Origin: Hypanus sabinus
Lineage: Eukaryota
Assembly: GCF_030144855.1 (NCBI RefSeq)
Contig: NC_082708.1
Span: 54,436,001 to 54,500,000 of the forward strand
Length of the DNA stretch: 64,000 nucleotides
Direction of reading: 5' to 3'
In this document: positions 36,389-49,000 of the stretch, in pieces
Layout of the letters: each line of letters begins with the position of its first letter
How positions within the stretch are numbered: the stretch's first letter is position 1
Program-made: the position numbers and the translations under genes
The notes under the pieces: model-generated
The model's database searches: none
What the model was told of the DNA's origin: nothing
Seen by the model: the letters and a program-made list of their open reading frames with translations, nothing else

Positions 36389-39360
36389 ATATCAAATGCA
36401 ATATTTGGTTACTACAGTGACCAATACGATGCTGGTCCACCGCAGGAGCATCTACAAACCACGCTACAGCAGACCAGTGATGTACTGTACATTGCTGAAG
36501 TAAACCTTTCAAAACAATAGGAAAGAAATTAACCTTGCAGCCAAGGGTTTGGATCACAAAATAATTCCTTTTTCTGGAAAAATGGTGTATTCAGGGGAAT
36601 AAGGTTACCATTTCAATTTCTGAAGACTTGGAATTTGTCCACTGTGAACATAGCTTGACTCATGCTCGCAGAATTAACTTCACACGGCGCTTTCTGTCGC
36701 GCTCAAGAGCAACGTTGTGGTATCATTTTTGGACTGCTATCCAAGAACAGCTCGAGTAATAAACCTTGGATCAGCAGAGAAAGACAGGCATTATCAGAGC
36801 GTGTCAGACATATGCTGAGTTTCCTTGGCTTTAAGCTCTGATTTGGAAGCTACACAGCAGATCTGCGACTCCACATTTGACTTTGCAAGTTTCTGACTCA
36901 GTCACGATAAAAGGTAAATTGAAGCATATCCTAAGGTTGCAGCGTCTCTGTACTTTGGAACTGTTTCTCGTTTATGGTACATCGGGAGGTACAGTATAAC
37001 ATGAACATGTGTGGATCCATTGGGGCTTCCACAATAATTGAGGATCAATGAGTTTATTCCCATTTGGATTGCGCTGTTGTCCCTTGTTTCACCTTTCTGA
37101 ATTGTTTATAAGCCTCGCAGAGAGGGAAATAATTTACAGTCCTAAACAATGTGAATGGACCCATCTTCCAGTGATCTAAAACTAATGATGGCTAGAGCAC
37201 AATGATTCTCCTCTTTTAATATTATACAGTCAGCAACATTATGTGGTCCTTTCTTTCTCCTTGTTTGAAATAGATAGCAAAGCCCCACCTTGCAGCTGTC
37301 TACCCTTAAGGACTCTGATAGCTGGAGAACATTTCCCAATAAAAAACAAAACTTATTTTGCATGTCCTTATTTCTGTCTGCTGACTCTTCTGATAATCTT
37401 GAGGCTGACTCCAGCATTAGCTTTCAAACTATGTTTCAAGTGACCCACTTTAACTGAGTTCATCCACAGAAGGCAATGATAATGAGTTCCTTAGCTTGCA
37501 GGATGGTGCTTATTTAGAGTAGCAAAGATGATGGCTAAATGTTTTTGCATTCCACAATTCATCCAAGTGTCACAATCCTAGTGTGACACTGATGTGGAGG
37601 CCTCAGGTCAATTGTTGTCTCATTTAATTTAAGATCTGAAACCGAATAAATCATACCAAATGAATGAATGGAGGCTTTACACAGTTTACATATGGCTAGT
37701 CCAGACTAACTAGTTCTATTCTTTGCTGGAAATGGCTGCAGGCATTCACATCTCAGATGAAGTTTCTCACCGCCACAATAAGCAAGCAGAATCCCTCTCT
37801 TGCCAGCTGTTCCAAGACAGAATATCATATCTAGAGAGATTCAAAAGCTGGCCTCTAATCTCAGTTCCTCCACTGATGTTTATCTGTTTTAAGGCTCACC
37901 TCTGTCAAATTAGCCACCATGAATTAGTAATTCAATTCCATTCGGTTGAAAGCAGTGACAAATATATGTTTGCTTCTGAAAGACCCTTGCAACATTAGAA
38001 GTACAAACAACTCTGTGATGTCAATGGCTTCTATTATTTCTAAAATGGATGTGTTATCTAAGTGTCCACATTCTTTCATGACTGATTTGATTAATATTCC
38101 ATCCAGTTCGGCTGAAACAGCAATCCAGACAATTTGGATGTTTCTAGTATACCTGTATCTTCCCTTTGTGAATTGAATTTAAGTTTAGAACAATGTCATG
38201 AATTCAAACAAAATGTGTTTTTTGGACCAAACTTGTAAAAACACATGCGAAGGCGTGTTTAGAAAGTACTCAATGCTTTTAGCTTTGATGTGAACTTCAA
38301 TATAATTGTGTCGAGGGTTTACGTAATTTCCAAATCTTCAGTATACTTCTGTCAGAACTTCACTTTGTTACTGACTTCCCTGAGGCTTTGAGAAGGGCAG
38401 GAGTGCACTTGTAAGATTAGATCTGGCAGATATCTGATAGCCCGAGTGTGAGCCAATGTACTTGCCAACAGGATTAAAATTGAGGCCTGCTAAAGTATTC
38501 CAAAGATGCCTCTTCTCATTATCCTGATGAAGTGCACTTCAATACTCTTCTGACTAAAGGCGAGATTTACAGTCATGGCAAAGTTTGAAATTCTCTAGGT
38601 TTAGTAGTAGCTATCCATCTGACAGTAAAGCTGATACGTTCAGTTTGTTTTGTGCTCTGAAGTCTACAGATTTTACTGGTTCTCCAGTGGCAGACTTTCC
38701 TTCCTTATTTATATTAGGAAATACCTTTCAGTCCATCTTCAGTACCAGTGCTTACAAGCTAGTGCATCCAGGCGTTGAAGCTAACGTTGAGGCAGAAAAC
38801 TAGAGATGTTGGAAATTTGAAACCAAAAAATGCCTGAAATATTCACCAGGTCAAACAGTATCTATACATAAATGAACATTAAAACCTTCATCAGATGAAG
38901 CATTAATTGTATTCTTCTTACCACAAATATTGTCCAATCTGCTTTATGTCTTTAAGTGAAGACGTTGGCTCTGTGGATAGAGTCGTAGAGAAGTACAGCA
39001 CAAAAGCAAGCTATTTGGTCCATCTAGTCCATGCCAAAACCATTTAAACTGCCTAGTCCCATTGACCTGCTCCGGGACCATAGCCTTCCATAACCCTATC
39101 ATCCCATATATTTATCCAAGCATTGAAATCAAATTCACATGTACCACTTGGCTGGCAGCTCACTCCACGCTCTCACAGCCCTCTGAGTGAAGGTGCTTTC
39201 CCTCATATTCCCCTTAAACCTTTCAGCCTTCACACTCAACCCATGACCCCTGGTTGTAGTCCTACTCAACCTCAGTAGGAAAAGCCTGTTTGCATTTATC
39301 CTATCTATACCCCTATAATTTTGTATACCACTATCAAATCTCCCCTCAATCTTCTACATT

Positions 39361-40306
39361 CCTCACCTCCACCCCTCTGACTCTCAATACAGGAGCCCCT
39401 CAGGACCGTGTATTTAGACCCCACCTTTACTCCCTGTATATCCATGACTGTGTCGCCACCCACAGCTCTAATCTCCTAATTAAGTTTGCCAATGACACTA
39501 CATTGATTGGCCTAATCTCAAACAATAAGAAGGTGGCCTACAGGGAAGAAGTCATCTCTATGAACAGGTGGTGTAAAGAAAACAACCTCTCACTCAATGT
39601 TGCAAAACAAAGGAGCTGGTTGTGGATTGCAGGAGGAATGGAGATGGGCTAACCCCTATTGACATCAATGGATCTGGGGTAAGAGAGTAAATAGCTTAAA
39701 GTTCCTCAGCATCCACATCACGGAGGACCTCACGTGGTCTGTACACACCAGCTATGTGGTGAGAAAGGCACAACAGCAACTCTTCCACCTCAGATGGTTG
39801 AGGAAGTTTGGTCTGGGCCCCCAGATCCTAAGAACTTTTTACAGGAGTTCAGTTGAGAGCATCCTGACTGGCTGCATCACTGCCTGGTATGGGAACTGTA
39901 CCTCCCTTAATCACAGGACTCTGCAGAGAGTGTTGTGGACAGCCAACGCATCTGTGGTTGTGAACTTTCCATGATTCAGGACATTTACAAAGACAGGTGT
40001 GGGGAAAAAAAGGACCAAAAAATCATTGGGGACCCGAGTCACCTCAACCACAATCTATTCCATCTGCTATCATCCAGGAAATGCAGCATAAAAGCCAGGA
40101 CCAACAGGCTCTGGGACAGCTTCTTCCACCAGGCCATCAGACTGATTAACTCACACTCATCTGTGCGTATTTCTATGTTACATTGACTGTTCTGTTTATT
40201 ATAAATTACTATGATTGCACATGGCACACTTAGATGGAGACGTAACATAAAATTTTTTACTCCTCATGTATGTGTTGTATGTAAGAAATAAAGTCAATTC
40301 AATTCA
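39361..40306 (+). mobile_element. 5'-truncated Rex1/Babar LINE
   Basis: LTLNTGAPQ; LIKFANDTTLIGLIS; TFYRSSVESILTGCITAWYG; (caatt)n tail. Confidence 0.9.
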
Positions 40307-42349
40307 CTTCTAAATAATTCAGTACTAACCTATTCAATCTTCCCTTATAATTCATGTCCTCCAGACCTGGCAAAGTCCTCGTAAATTTTCTCTGCACTCT
40401 TTCAACCTTGTTTATATCTTTCCTCTAGGTAGGTGACCAAAACTGCACACAATACTCCAAATTAGGCAGCACAAATGTTTTACACAACTTCGACATAACA
40501 TCCCATTTCCTGTACTTAATATATTGATTTTTGAAGGCAATGTGCCAAAAGTTTTCTTTATGAACCTATCTATCCATGACACCACTCATTATGGACTTGT
40601 TCAACCACACTGCTCCATACCCTACAGTCACTGGTCTCACTGTTTAAGACCTACCCTGATTGGTCCTACTGAAGTGCAAAATCTCACACTTATTTGCATT
40701 AAATTCCATCTGCCATTTTTCAGCCCATTTTTCCAGCTGGGCCAGATCCTGCTGCAAGCTAGTGTAGCCTTCCTTGCTGTCCATTATACTGCTAATCTTG
40801 GTGTCATCCACAAGTTTGTTGATCTGGTTTACCACATTATCATCCAGATCATTGATATAGATGACAGACAACAACAAACCCAGCACCAATTACTGTGACA
40901 CACCACTAGTCACAGGACTCCAGTCAGAGAGGAACATATCTACTACCACTCTCTGGCTTCTCCCTCAAAGCCAATATCTAATCCAGTTTATTATCTCATC
41001 TTGAATGCCAGTGACTGGACCCTCTTGACCAACCTCCCTTGCAGGACTTTGTCAAGTGCCTTACTGAAGTCCACAAAGACAACAACCTCTGCTTTGCTTT
41101 CACCCATTTTCCTGGTAACTTCCTCAAAAAATTGCATAAGATTAGTTAAACAAGACCTACCATGCATGAAGCCATGCTGATTATCCTTAATCAGTCAAAA
41201 TACTTATATATCCGGTCCCTTAGAAAACCTTCCAATAACTTTCCCACAACTAAAGTCAAGCTCACCAGCCTATAATTTCCTGGTTTATGTTTAGAGCCTC
41301 TTTTAAACAGCGGAACAACATTGGCTATCTTCTAATTTGATGCCCACCCTCCTACACCAATTCCTTAGTCACATGTTAAACTTATAACTACTTCTGGCCT
41401 CACTAGCACGTGGCATGGGTAGCGATCTTGAGATCACAACCCTGGAGGTTCTGCCCTTTAATTTAGCACCTAACTCTGTGAACTCCTTTGACAGAAGCTC
41501 TTCTCTCATCCTACCCCTATCATTGATACCTACATGGACCACGGCTTCTGGCTGTTCACCCTCCCACTTAAGAAAGTTGAGGACTCATTTCAAGATGTCC
41601 CAGACCCTGGCACCCAGGAGGAAATATACCATCTGGGAATCTTGTTCTCACCCACAGAACCTCCTTTCTGTTCCCCTAACTAACGAATCCTCTATCACCA
41701 CAGCTCACCTCTTCTCCCCAACCCACCTTCTCTTCTAAGGCACAGAGCCAAACTCAGTGCCAGGGACCTGATCGCTGTGATTTTCCTCTGCTATGTCATC
41801 CCCGCTAACAGCATCCAAAGTAATATACCTGTTGTTGAAGGGGATGGCCACAAGAGTATCCTGCACTGGCTCCTTAACTCCTTTCTCCTTCCTGACTGTC
41901 ACTCAGTTTCCTGTATCTTGCACCTTGGGTGTAACTACCTCTCCGTATGTCCTATCTATCACCCTCTCAGCCTCTCGAATGATCTGGAATTCATTCAATT
42001 CCTGCTTCTACTCCTTAACATGGATTGTTGGAAGCTGCAGCTGGATGCACCTCACAGTTGTCCTCAGGGACACTGGAGGTCTCCCTGCCTTCCCACATCC
42101 TGGAAGAAGAACATTCTGTATCTGTTCTGTTCTAAGTGATCAAATGTAAAGTGCTGGTGGCAGAACCTTTACCTGCAGCTTTTTGTATTTGCTTTCTCTG
42201 ACTAAAGCCTCACCTTGCTGAAATCTCAAAGAACTAAATCCTCAAAATTTTCACTCTAACTCCGCCCACTTCAACGATGGCCAGTGCGATGATAGCTGCT
42301 TCATTTGCCTCTGCCTTCCTTTAATTTGTTCTTGCAAATCAATTCCAAA

Positions 42350-42585
42350 TGCTGACTGGTCGCTGGCCAAAGCTCCAAAAAACTACTGTGATTTGCTGTC
42401 TTTTCTGCTTGGTTAGAGAACTTGAGTGAAATTTCATCCTCTCAAGCTTCTGATCTCCCGACTGGTTGCTGGTCAAAGCTCCAAAAATTTGCCACGAGTG
42501 GCTGCCTTTTACATTCTGTAGCGAACCTGAATGAATTTCTGAGCTCCCAGGCTTCTGTTCTCCCGACTGGTCACTGGGCATAGCT
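42350..42585. repeat. ~105-bp tandem monomers (about 2.3 copies)
   Basis: gactggt..ctgg.ca.agct recurs at 42354, 42460 and 42565. Confidence 0.75.
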
Positions 42586-43955
42586 TTGCCATCTTCCCCA
42601 TTTTCACTAGCCTATAAACCCTCATTTTCTTTTGGAGGAATCTCTCCTCTGCAAATCTTTCTCTCATTTATGATGGCTCATACTAAAGGTTTTGATATAG
42701 TCAGTGATATGTGTGAATATTTACTTGGGCCATTGACTTCCAGCCTTCCTTAAACAGAACTTACAAGTCACCTCAATGCACTTTATACAATGAATTATAT
42801 TTTTAGTTGTTGTGGCTGGTGTTATGTTGACAAACAATGGTATTGCTAGTCATATCCTAACTGAAATGTGCCTTGGAGATGAATGTATCTGGTAAATTTG
42901 TTCATTCCAAAAGTACTAGAGGAATGGAAAAAGACTGCTGATAGTATTAATACTAACCTTCTCTTTCCTGTTCTTTTGAGGTTACTGTATTTTTCTTATT
43001 TTGTAATTTTCATTCTCTCTTTGCAATTCTAATGCTTCTTTTACGTCAAAAACATGAGAGAAATGTGAATATACAGTGTGGTGGTGGTGAACTTAAAAGA
43101 GTAGTACGGCTCCATTTAGGTTACTGAGAAAGATGAGGCGGATTGAAGAATTGCTACTAAAGACCATAAATACAATGACCCCTGGGCTGGTGGATATCCC
43201 AGGGAAAATTTGAAAGTCAAGCTGGTTAAACAGCATCTTTAAGTTGGCTCAATAAATGCTGTGAGTTCTATTTTTTCCCAAAGACAAAGGGGGCATTGAA
43301 ATGGTTTTAATCATTTGCACCATCAATTAGCTTAAGTGTTTCCAGCTGTGATTTACTGTCAGCCCACATTGTCAAAATCTTTTTATTTGCCACTGTGGCA
43401 GATCATTATTAACTCACACTGAAGTCAGGCCATTTTAGTTCATATTGAAATAGCACATATTTTGGCAACAAGCAAGTGATTAAAAAGAAAGCTTTGTAGT
43501 ACAATTTGTAATGAGGAGAATGTTCTGCGACGTCATCATTGTCTAACAGGATTACTGATGCACCATTCATCCGTAGAAACAGCCTGGGGATACTTTCTGG
43601 AGTCATTGTCTACTGAAGGAAGTGCAGCTGACAGCTGCCCAGTGGTTCCGCAGGTCATCTTCTGAAGCCACAACGATTTATTAGCTGGTGATGTTATGCA
43701 GTCTGCGGGAAAGGCATAACCTTTTGTTGCCCTCAGTGACGCTGGATGTATCATTTGTACCGGTGCCAGCATTAGCCTAAAGCAGCTGATGATGGAAAGC
43801 ATGCACTGTGCTGACTTTGGTTCTTTTGCAGTTGTCCACTGTGGGTGAGCTGCATTCTATACAGAGGCACCTGGCTCCTCATTTAAAACTTCTCATAACG
43901 AGGGATATGTAAGCCACGTGGTCACTGTGTCGTAATGTATAGGTTAATGTAGAGG

Positions 43956-44120
43956 AGGGTGCCTAGGGAGAGGTAGCAACCCTGGTGCCTTTTTCAGGGC
44001 AGCTCGTCCACCTTTGGTTCCCACCTGGCGCTGAGCTCTCACCTCTGGCTCCAAGTAGCTGTTACACGCACAGTGGCCACACCCTGGGAAACCGTCTCGG
44101 CAGATGGTCCAAACCCGGTG
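43956..44120 (+). ncRNA. Candidate variant HDV-like self-cleaving ribozyme at the element 5' end
   Basis: Manual fold: P1 AGGGUG/CACCCU followed by GG; P2 CACCUGG/CCCGGUG (6 of 7 pairs); P3 GAGC/GCUC; P4 ACCGUCU/AGAUGGU; CCAAA linker; non-canonical spacers. Confidence 0.4.
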
Positions 44121-45180
44121 AGGGTAGCTGACGGGTCTTCGACCCTCAGTGAGGTAGGGGATCTGTCTGTCCCAGCGTGTGAAGTCTGGCCCTGGCGGAT
44201 TGAGCGGAGGAGACCGATTAATGGTCCAACGGTCAAGAAGGCAGGCCAGCAGGCGTTGGTGGAGCGCTAAGAGCACGACAAGGCACTTAGACGTCCTGGT
44301 CATCCACTGCAGCAGGAGAAGTCTCCAGCCGTAACGGTTGCCCGTGCCACTGGATCAAGGTCTCTTCCACTGCAAGAGTGGGATTGCCCAGTGTCTGCTT
44401 AAAACTCCGTCACACACAGGTTTCTGTTGTGCGATTTTCACAGATGAACTGCACGATAGCAATAGTCTGTGAGGTAGTAGCGTTGGTCGGTACCATCTGA
44501 GGGGAATATTGCTCGTAGTGATATTTGGCAAGGTACACATCTCTAGAATTAGAAAATATGTGATAGCATTGCACCAGTGGTAGCTTTATGTGTGTTATCA
44601 TGCATTTTATAACACTACCCTAAAATAAGCATTTCTGAAAAGTGGCTAATATAAAGCACAACGTATATATTCAGCCGAGTGGTATTTTGTCATCAGTGAT
44701 CCCCCAACATTGAAATTTGTCACAGTGATAGCTGAGTTCATGCACTTTTCATCAAATGTTGGTATAAAATTCCACATTGAAAACCATGTCATTGGTGGCA
44801 CTCACAGTACAGTGGCCAATTTCAGTAGAGTGAATCATTACATTTTTAGAAAAAATATTTATCAATAAAAACCCTAGGACACATATAATCACACGGATTG
44901 TAGAGAATTTATTCAAGAATTTAAGTAAGTAATTACTTTTTGTATATATTCCATATCAACATCAGTTAGTATGTTACTCCACCCCCCTCCCAAAAGGTAA
45001 AAAACCTCATTTGGAGAGATTTCTGGAGCTTTATCAATATCATGATATTGTCCATATTGTTGTATCAAATTAAAACAATCTTAATCTTTTGTCGTAGCAT
45101 ATAGAATTACAGTACAATAATTCAAATGTGGCATTCCATACAGCCATAACCTAGGCCCCATTTGGTTGTAAAATGAATAA

Positions 45181-46779
45181 ATGAACCCACAGAAGGCTGC
45201 TGGACCAGACAACATCCCTGGTAGAGTGCTCAGAGGATGTGCAGACCAGCTAGCAGATGTTCTCACTGACATCTTCAACATCTCCCTCAGCAGCACCACC
45301 GTTCCAACGTGCTTCAAGGCCACCACCATCGTCCCCGTGCTGAAGAAGTCTTCAGTGTTCTGCCTAAGTGACTACTGTCCTGTTGCATTTACATCCATCA
45401 TCATGAAGTGTTTCGAGAGGCTCGTCATGAGGCATATCAAGACCCTGCTGCCCCCCTCACTGGACCCCCTGCAGTTTGCGTACTGTCCCAAACGCTCAAC
45501 AGATGACGCCATTGCCACCACCCTCCACCTGGCCCTCACCCATCTGGACAAAAAACATACGTTCAAATGCTGTTCATAGACTTCAGTTCAGCATTCAACA
45601 CAATCATCCCTCAGAAACTGATTGGAAAGCTGAGCCTACTGGGCCTGAACACCTCCCTCTGCAACTGAATCCCAGACTTCCTGACTGGGAGACCTCAGTC
45701 AGTCCGGATCGGGAGCAGCATCTCCAAGACCATCACACAGCGCGGGGGTCCCCCAGGGCTGTGTGCTCAGTCCACTGCTGTTCACTCTGCTGACCCATGA
45801 CTGTGCTGCAACACACAGCTCGAACCACATCATCAAGTTCGCTGATGACATGACCGTGGTGGGTCTCATCAGCAAGAACGACGAGTCAGCTTACAGAGAG
45901 GAGGTGCAGTGGCTAACGGACTGGTGCAGAGCCAACAACCTGTCTCTTAATGTGAACAAAAGAGATGGTTGTTGGCTTCAGGAGGGCACAGAGTGACCAC
46001 TCCCCGCTGAACATCGACGGCTCCTCGGTAGAGATTGTAAAGAGCACCAAATTTCTTGGTGTTCACCTGGCGGAGAATCTCACCTGGTCCCTTAACACCA
46101 GCTCCATAGCAAAGAAAGTCCAGCAGCGTCTCTACTTTCTGCAAAGGCTGAGGAAAGTCCATCTCCCACCCCCCCATCCTCACCACATTCTACAGGGGTT
46201 GTATTGAGAACATCCTGAGCAGCTGCATCACTGCCTGGTTCGGAAATTGCACCATCTCGGATCGCAAGAACCTGCAGTGGATAGTGAGGTCAGCTGAGAA
46301 GATCATCGGGGTCTCTCTTCCTGCCATCATGGACATTTACACTATACACTACATCCGCAAAGGAAACAGCATTATGAAGGACCCCACGCACCCTTCATGC
46401 AAACTCTTCTCCCTCCTGCCATCTGGGAAAAGGCACCAAAGTATTCGGGCTCTCACGACCGGACTATGTAACAGTTTCTTCCCCCAAGCTATCAGACTCC
46501 TCAATACCCAGAGCCTGGACTGACACCTTACTGCACTATTGTCTTGTTTATTATTTATTGTAATGCCTGCACTGTTTTGTGCACTTTATGCTGTCCTGGA
46601 TAGGTCTGTAGTCCAGTGTAGTTTTTTTTTCTGTGTTTTTTTTTACGTAGTTCAGTCTAGTTTTTGTACTGTGTTATGTAACACCATGGTCCTGAAAAAT
46701 GTTGTCTCATTTTTACTATGTACTATACCAGCAGTTATGGTTGAAATGACAATAAAAGTGACTTGACTTGACTTGACTT
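45181..46779 (+). mobile_element. 5'-truncated, comparatively intact Rex1/Babar LINE inside Academ
   Basis: [51 protein letters not shown]; stop at 46523; aataaa + (gactt)n tail; several frameshifts. Confidence 0.93.
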
Positions 46780-46828
46780 TAATCAAAGACTGCTTTCCAT
46801 ACTTTGTTTTCCATACTTTTGTAACCTA

Positions 46829-49000
46829 TTAATAATCATAATAATTTTCCAAGTCTTCCATGTCTTCATCTGAACTTTCCTCACTCTCTGAGGTGGATGC
46901 CTGGTTCTCACAGTCTGTCCGTCTACACATGTCAGTACACCTGAGGCCATTTGCAACACACACACATCTTGGGAGTGAACATTTTTTTGGACAGTTACAG
47001 GCCAGTAGATCCAGGACGGCATCGGGTGCTGGCTGGCCTTCCATCCAGTGCACCACCAACTGTTCAGCCTCCTCTTCTCTCTCCATCTTCCATCCTCTGC
47101 CAACAGGGCTTGGCATTTGTGGGTCCTTCTCCAAATATCCTCGCCATATAGCAGCCTGGTAGCGGGCTTGCTCTGCATGTTTTGTTAAGCGGTTCTTGCA
47201 CGGTGGGAGTTGACGACTTTCGATTTCAGCTTTTTAGGCACAGAAAAGGTGATACCTCATTGACCTTGGTGGTCGATGCGTTTGGGGCATACAGGAGACG
47301 TGAAATACCTCCAGTTTGTCCATCAGTTCTGGGGAGAGGTCCCATTCTTGATTGAACTCTAAGAATGTGTCTTGAGTTCCCCTGTTGCTGGTCAGAAGTT
47401 CTAGGGCACTTGTCTTCCCTTTACCTGCAAAAGTGCTTACAGTGCCACATCCCGTATATGCGTGCAATCCGATGAGAGCCCTACAAACCTCTATGCCAAC
47501 AGTGGCAGCAATGTTCCTGGTATCTACAAGCCACACTTCTGGAACAATGGGGCCTCAATCTTTTCACAAAATGCTAAAGGCATAATAAAGACATCTGTAT
47601 CTTCTGAGCAGATCACCACAGATTGGTATCCTTCTCTTGTGGTATGGGCAGCATGGAGAAGTAGGCGGCCAAAGGCTTCTTGTTGACCCTGAAGAGCTGA
47701 CACCTCCTCACTGTCTTGAGATGTGATTCTGTATTATTTGTCATTCACAGTTGCAAACAGAATCTTCTGTAGCTTTGCTCTGTACTCCGCCTTCCTCCAT
47801 TCATGGACCATGAAGCTAATGAGACTATTTTTGTTACTGACTTTGGTCAAGAAGCTCTTCCACTGCCTCACCATCTGTGTGCCTGTGATACCTTGCAACT
47901 CATGACCAGTCTCTTCACCCCGTAGAGATCTTTCACTATTCTTGATAGAGTTCTCCTTGTATGTGTCGAACACAACATCTGTTCTGCTACTCTGACTGTC
48001 TTCCCTCCGAGCCATACCCAGAACTATTGTGGCAACATCTCTGAAAGTAACTTGATCCCTTTCACTCTTTGGACCAAGTTCATTCCATCAACCACTGTAG
48101 CAGAGTTTCCTGGGAGTTGCTCTTCTACTGCTACATTTTTCTGCAAGGTTGTTGCTAAAGTAGCTTTATTTGTCTTTCTCAGCAATCCTTCTGGTGTGGA
48201 CAGGGCCCAGGGCAATGGTCCGAGGGGATGAGAAAGGATATCCTCCACACATAGACTGTGCCCTTGTGCCATCACTATGATGCGTCCAAACAAAGACCGG
48301 TCTGCTTTCAAGACAATCGCCCATTTGATTTCACTTCTCTCTTCTTACACACATCACTGAATGTTTTCAGCTTGTTGGTTTTCATTGGGTCATGGAATTT
48401 CTTTCCTGGCGGGTCTTCCTCTAGTCTCTCATACTTGAAGGTTGCATAACATTGCTCACCAATCTCGTACACCTTCAGCAGGTCAGAAGCAATGTCCTTG
48501 GGGGCTGCCTTTGCCGTAGAGATGCTAGTGAGGTCCCACTTCTCTGTAAATGGGTTGACCCATTCACTTTTGAGGCTAACCACTGCTGAAACTGCTCCCT
48601 CATCTTTCTGGATTCTTGTAGCTCCACATGACAAAGCTCTGATCTGTTGCCTTGCCCCATCTCCCTCAATTGTCCCAGGAATGCATTGCGGTGCTCAGCT
48701 GTTTTGTAGTTATGCTTGATAGCTCCAACATTCAGGCTGAACCGTGATGTGCCTCCAGGAGTCTGGTGTGTCTTTGTTCACTGTGGCTTCAATAGCCTAG
48801 TCCACAGGGATCTGCCCAAAGGGGTTGTTACTTGACAGCTGCACTGGGAATTGGCCAGTCGTGAAGGCCTCATACACAGAAGGATTCTTCTCTGGGAGGT
48901 TCATCATCCGAGCAAAGTAAGGGGACAGGTACCTGGCGTAATTCATTTTATCGTAGGCAAAGCATCATGGGATCGTGGCTCTTATAGCATGGAGGTTACC
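46829..49000 (-). pseudogene. Academ polyprotein remnant (C-part of transposase, XPG/PIN-like nuclease, Cys-rich zinc finger)
   Basis: AYDKMNYARY and IPVD*AIEATVNKD (48770-48960); LPWALSTPEGLLRKTNKA, VVDGMNLVQ, DVVFDTY, LLLHAAH..SEDTDVF, LHAYTGCGTVSTFAGKGK; LPPC..HA..ARYQAAIW; CNCPKKCSLPRCVCVANGLRCTDMC..CEN; multiple frameshifts and stops. Confidence 0.87.

Larger units (their letters stand above)
38985..42600 (-). mobile_element. Internally deleted CR1 LINE (5' monomers, esterase ORF1, RT, 3' end) interrupted by a Rex1
   Basis: INDLDDNVVNQINKLVDDTK..WAEKWQMEFNANKCEILHF on minus (40644-40889); 41400-42110 resembles ORF1 at 24150-24830; 3' end at 38985-39360. Confidence 0.85.

Noticed and set aside
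42350-42585. CRISPR-like repeat-spacer array
   Set aside because: Eukaryotic context, the intervening sequences resemble each other, and there are no cas genes; it is a tandem monomer repeat
43940-43965. Twister ribozyme at the RTE-derived 5' end
   Set aside because: Only a short ggaggg match; the other conserved twister segments are absent
46829-47134. Host tesmin/CXC-domain gene
   Set aside because: The Cys cluster is the terminus of the frameshifted, intronless Academ polyprotein lying between inverted repeats
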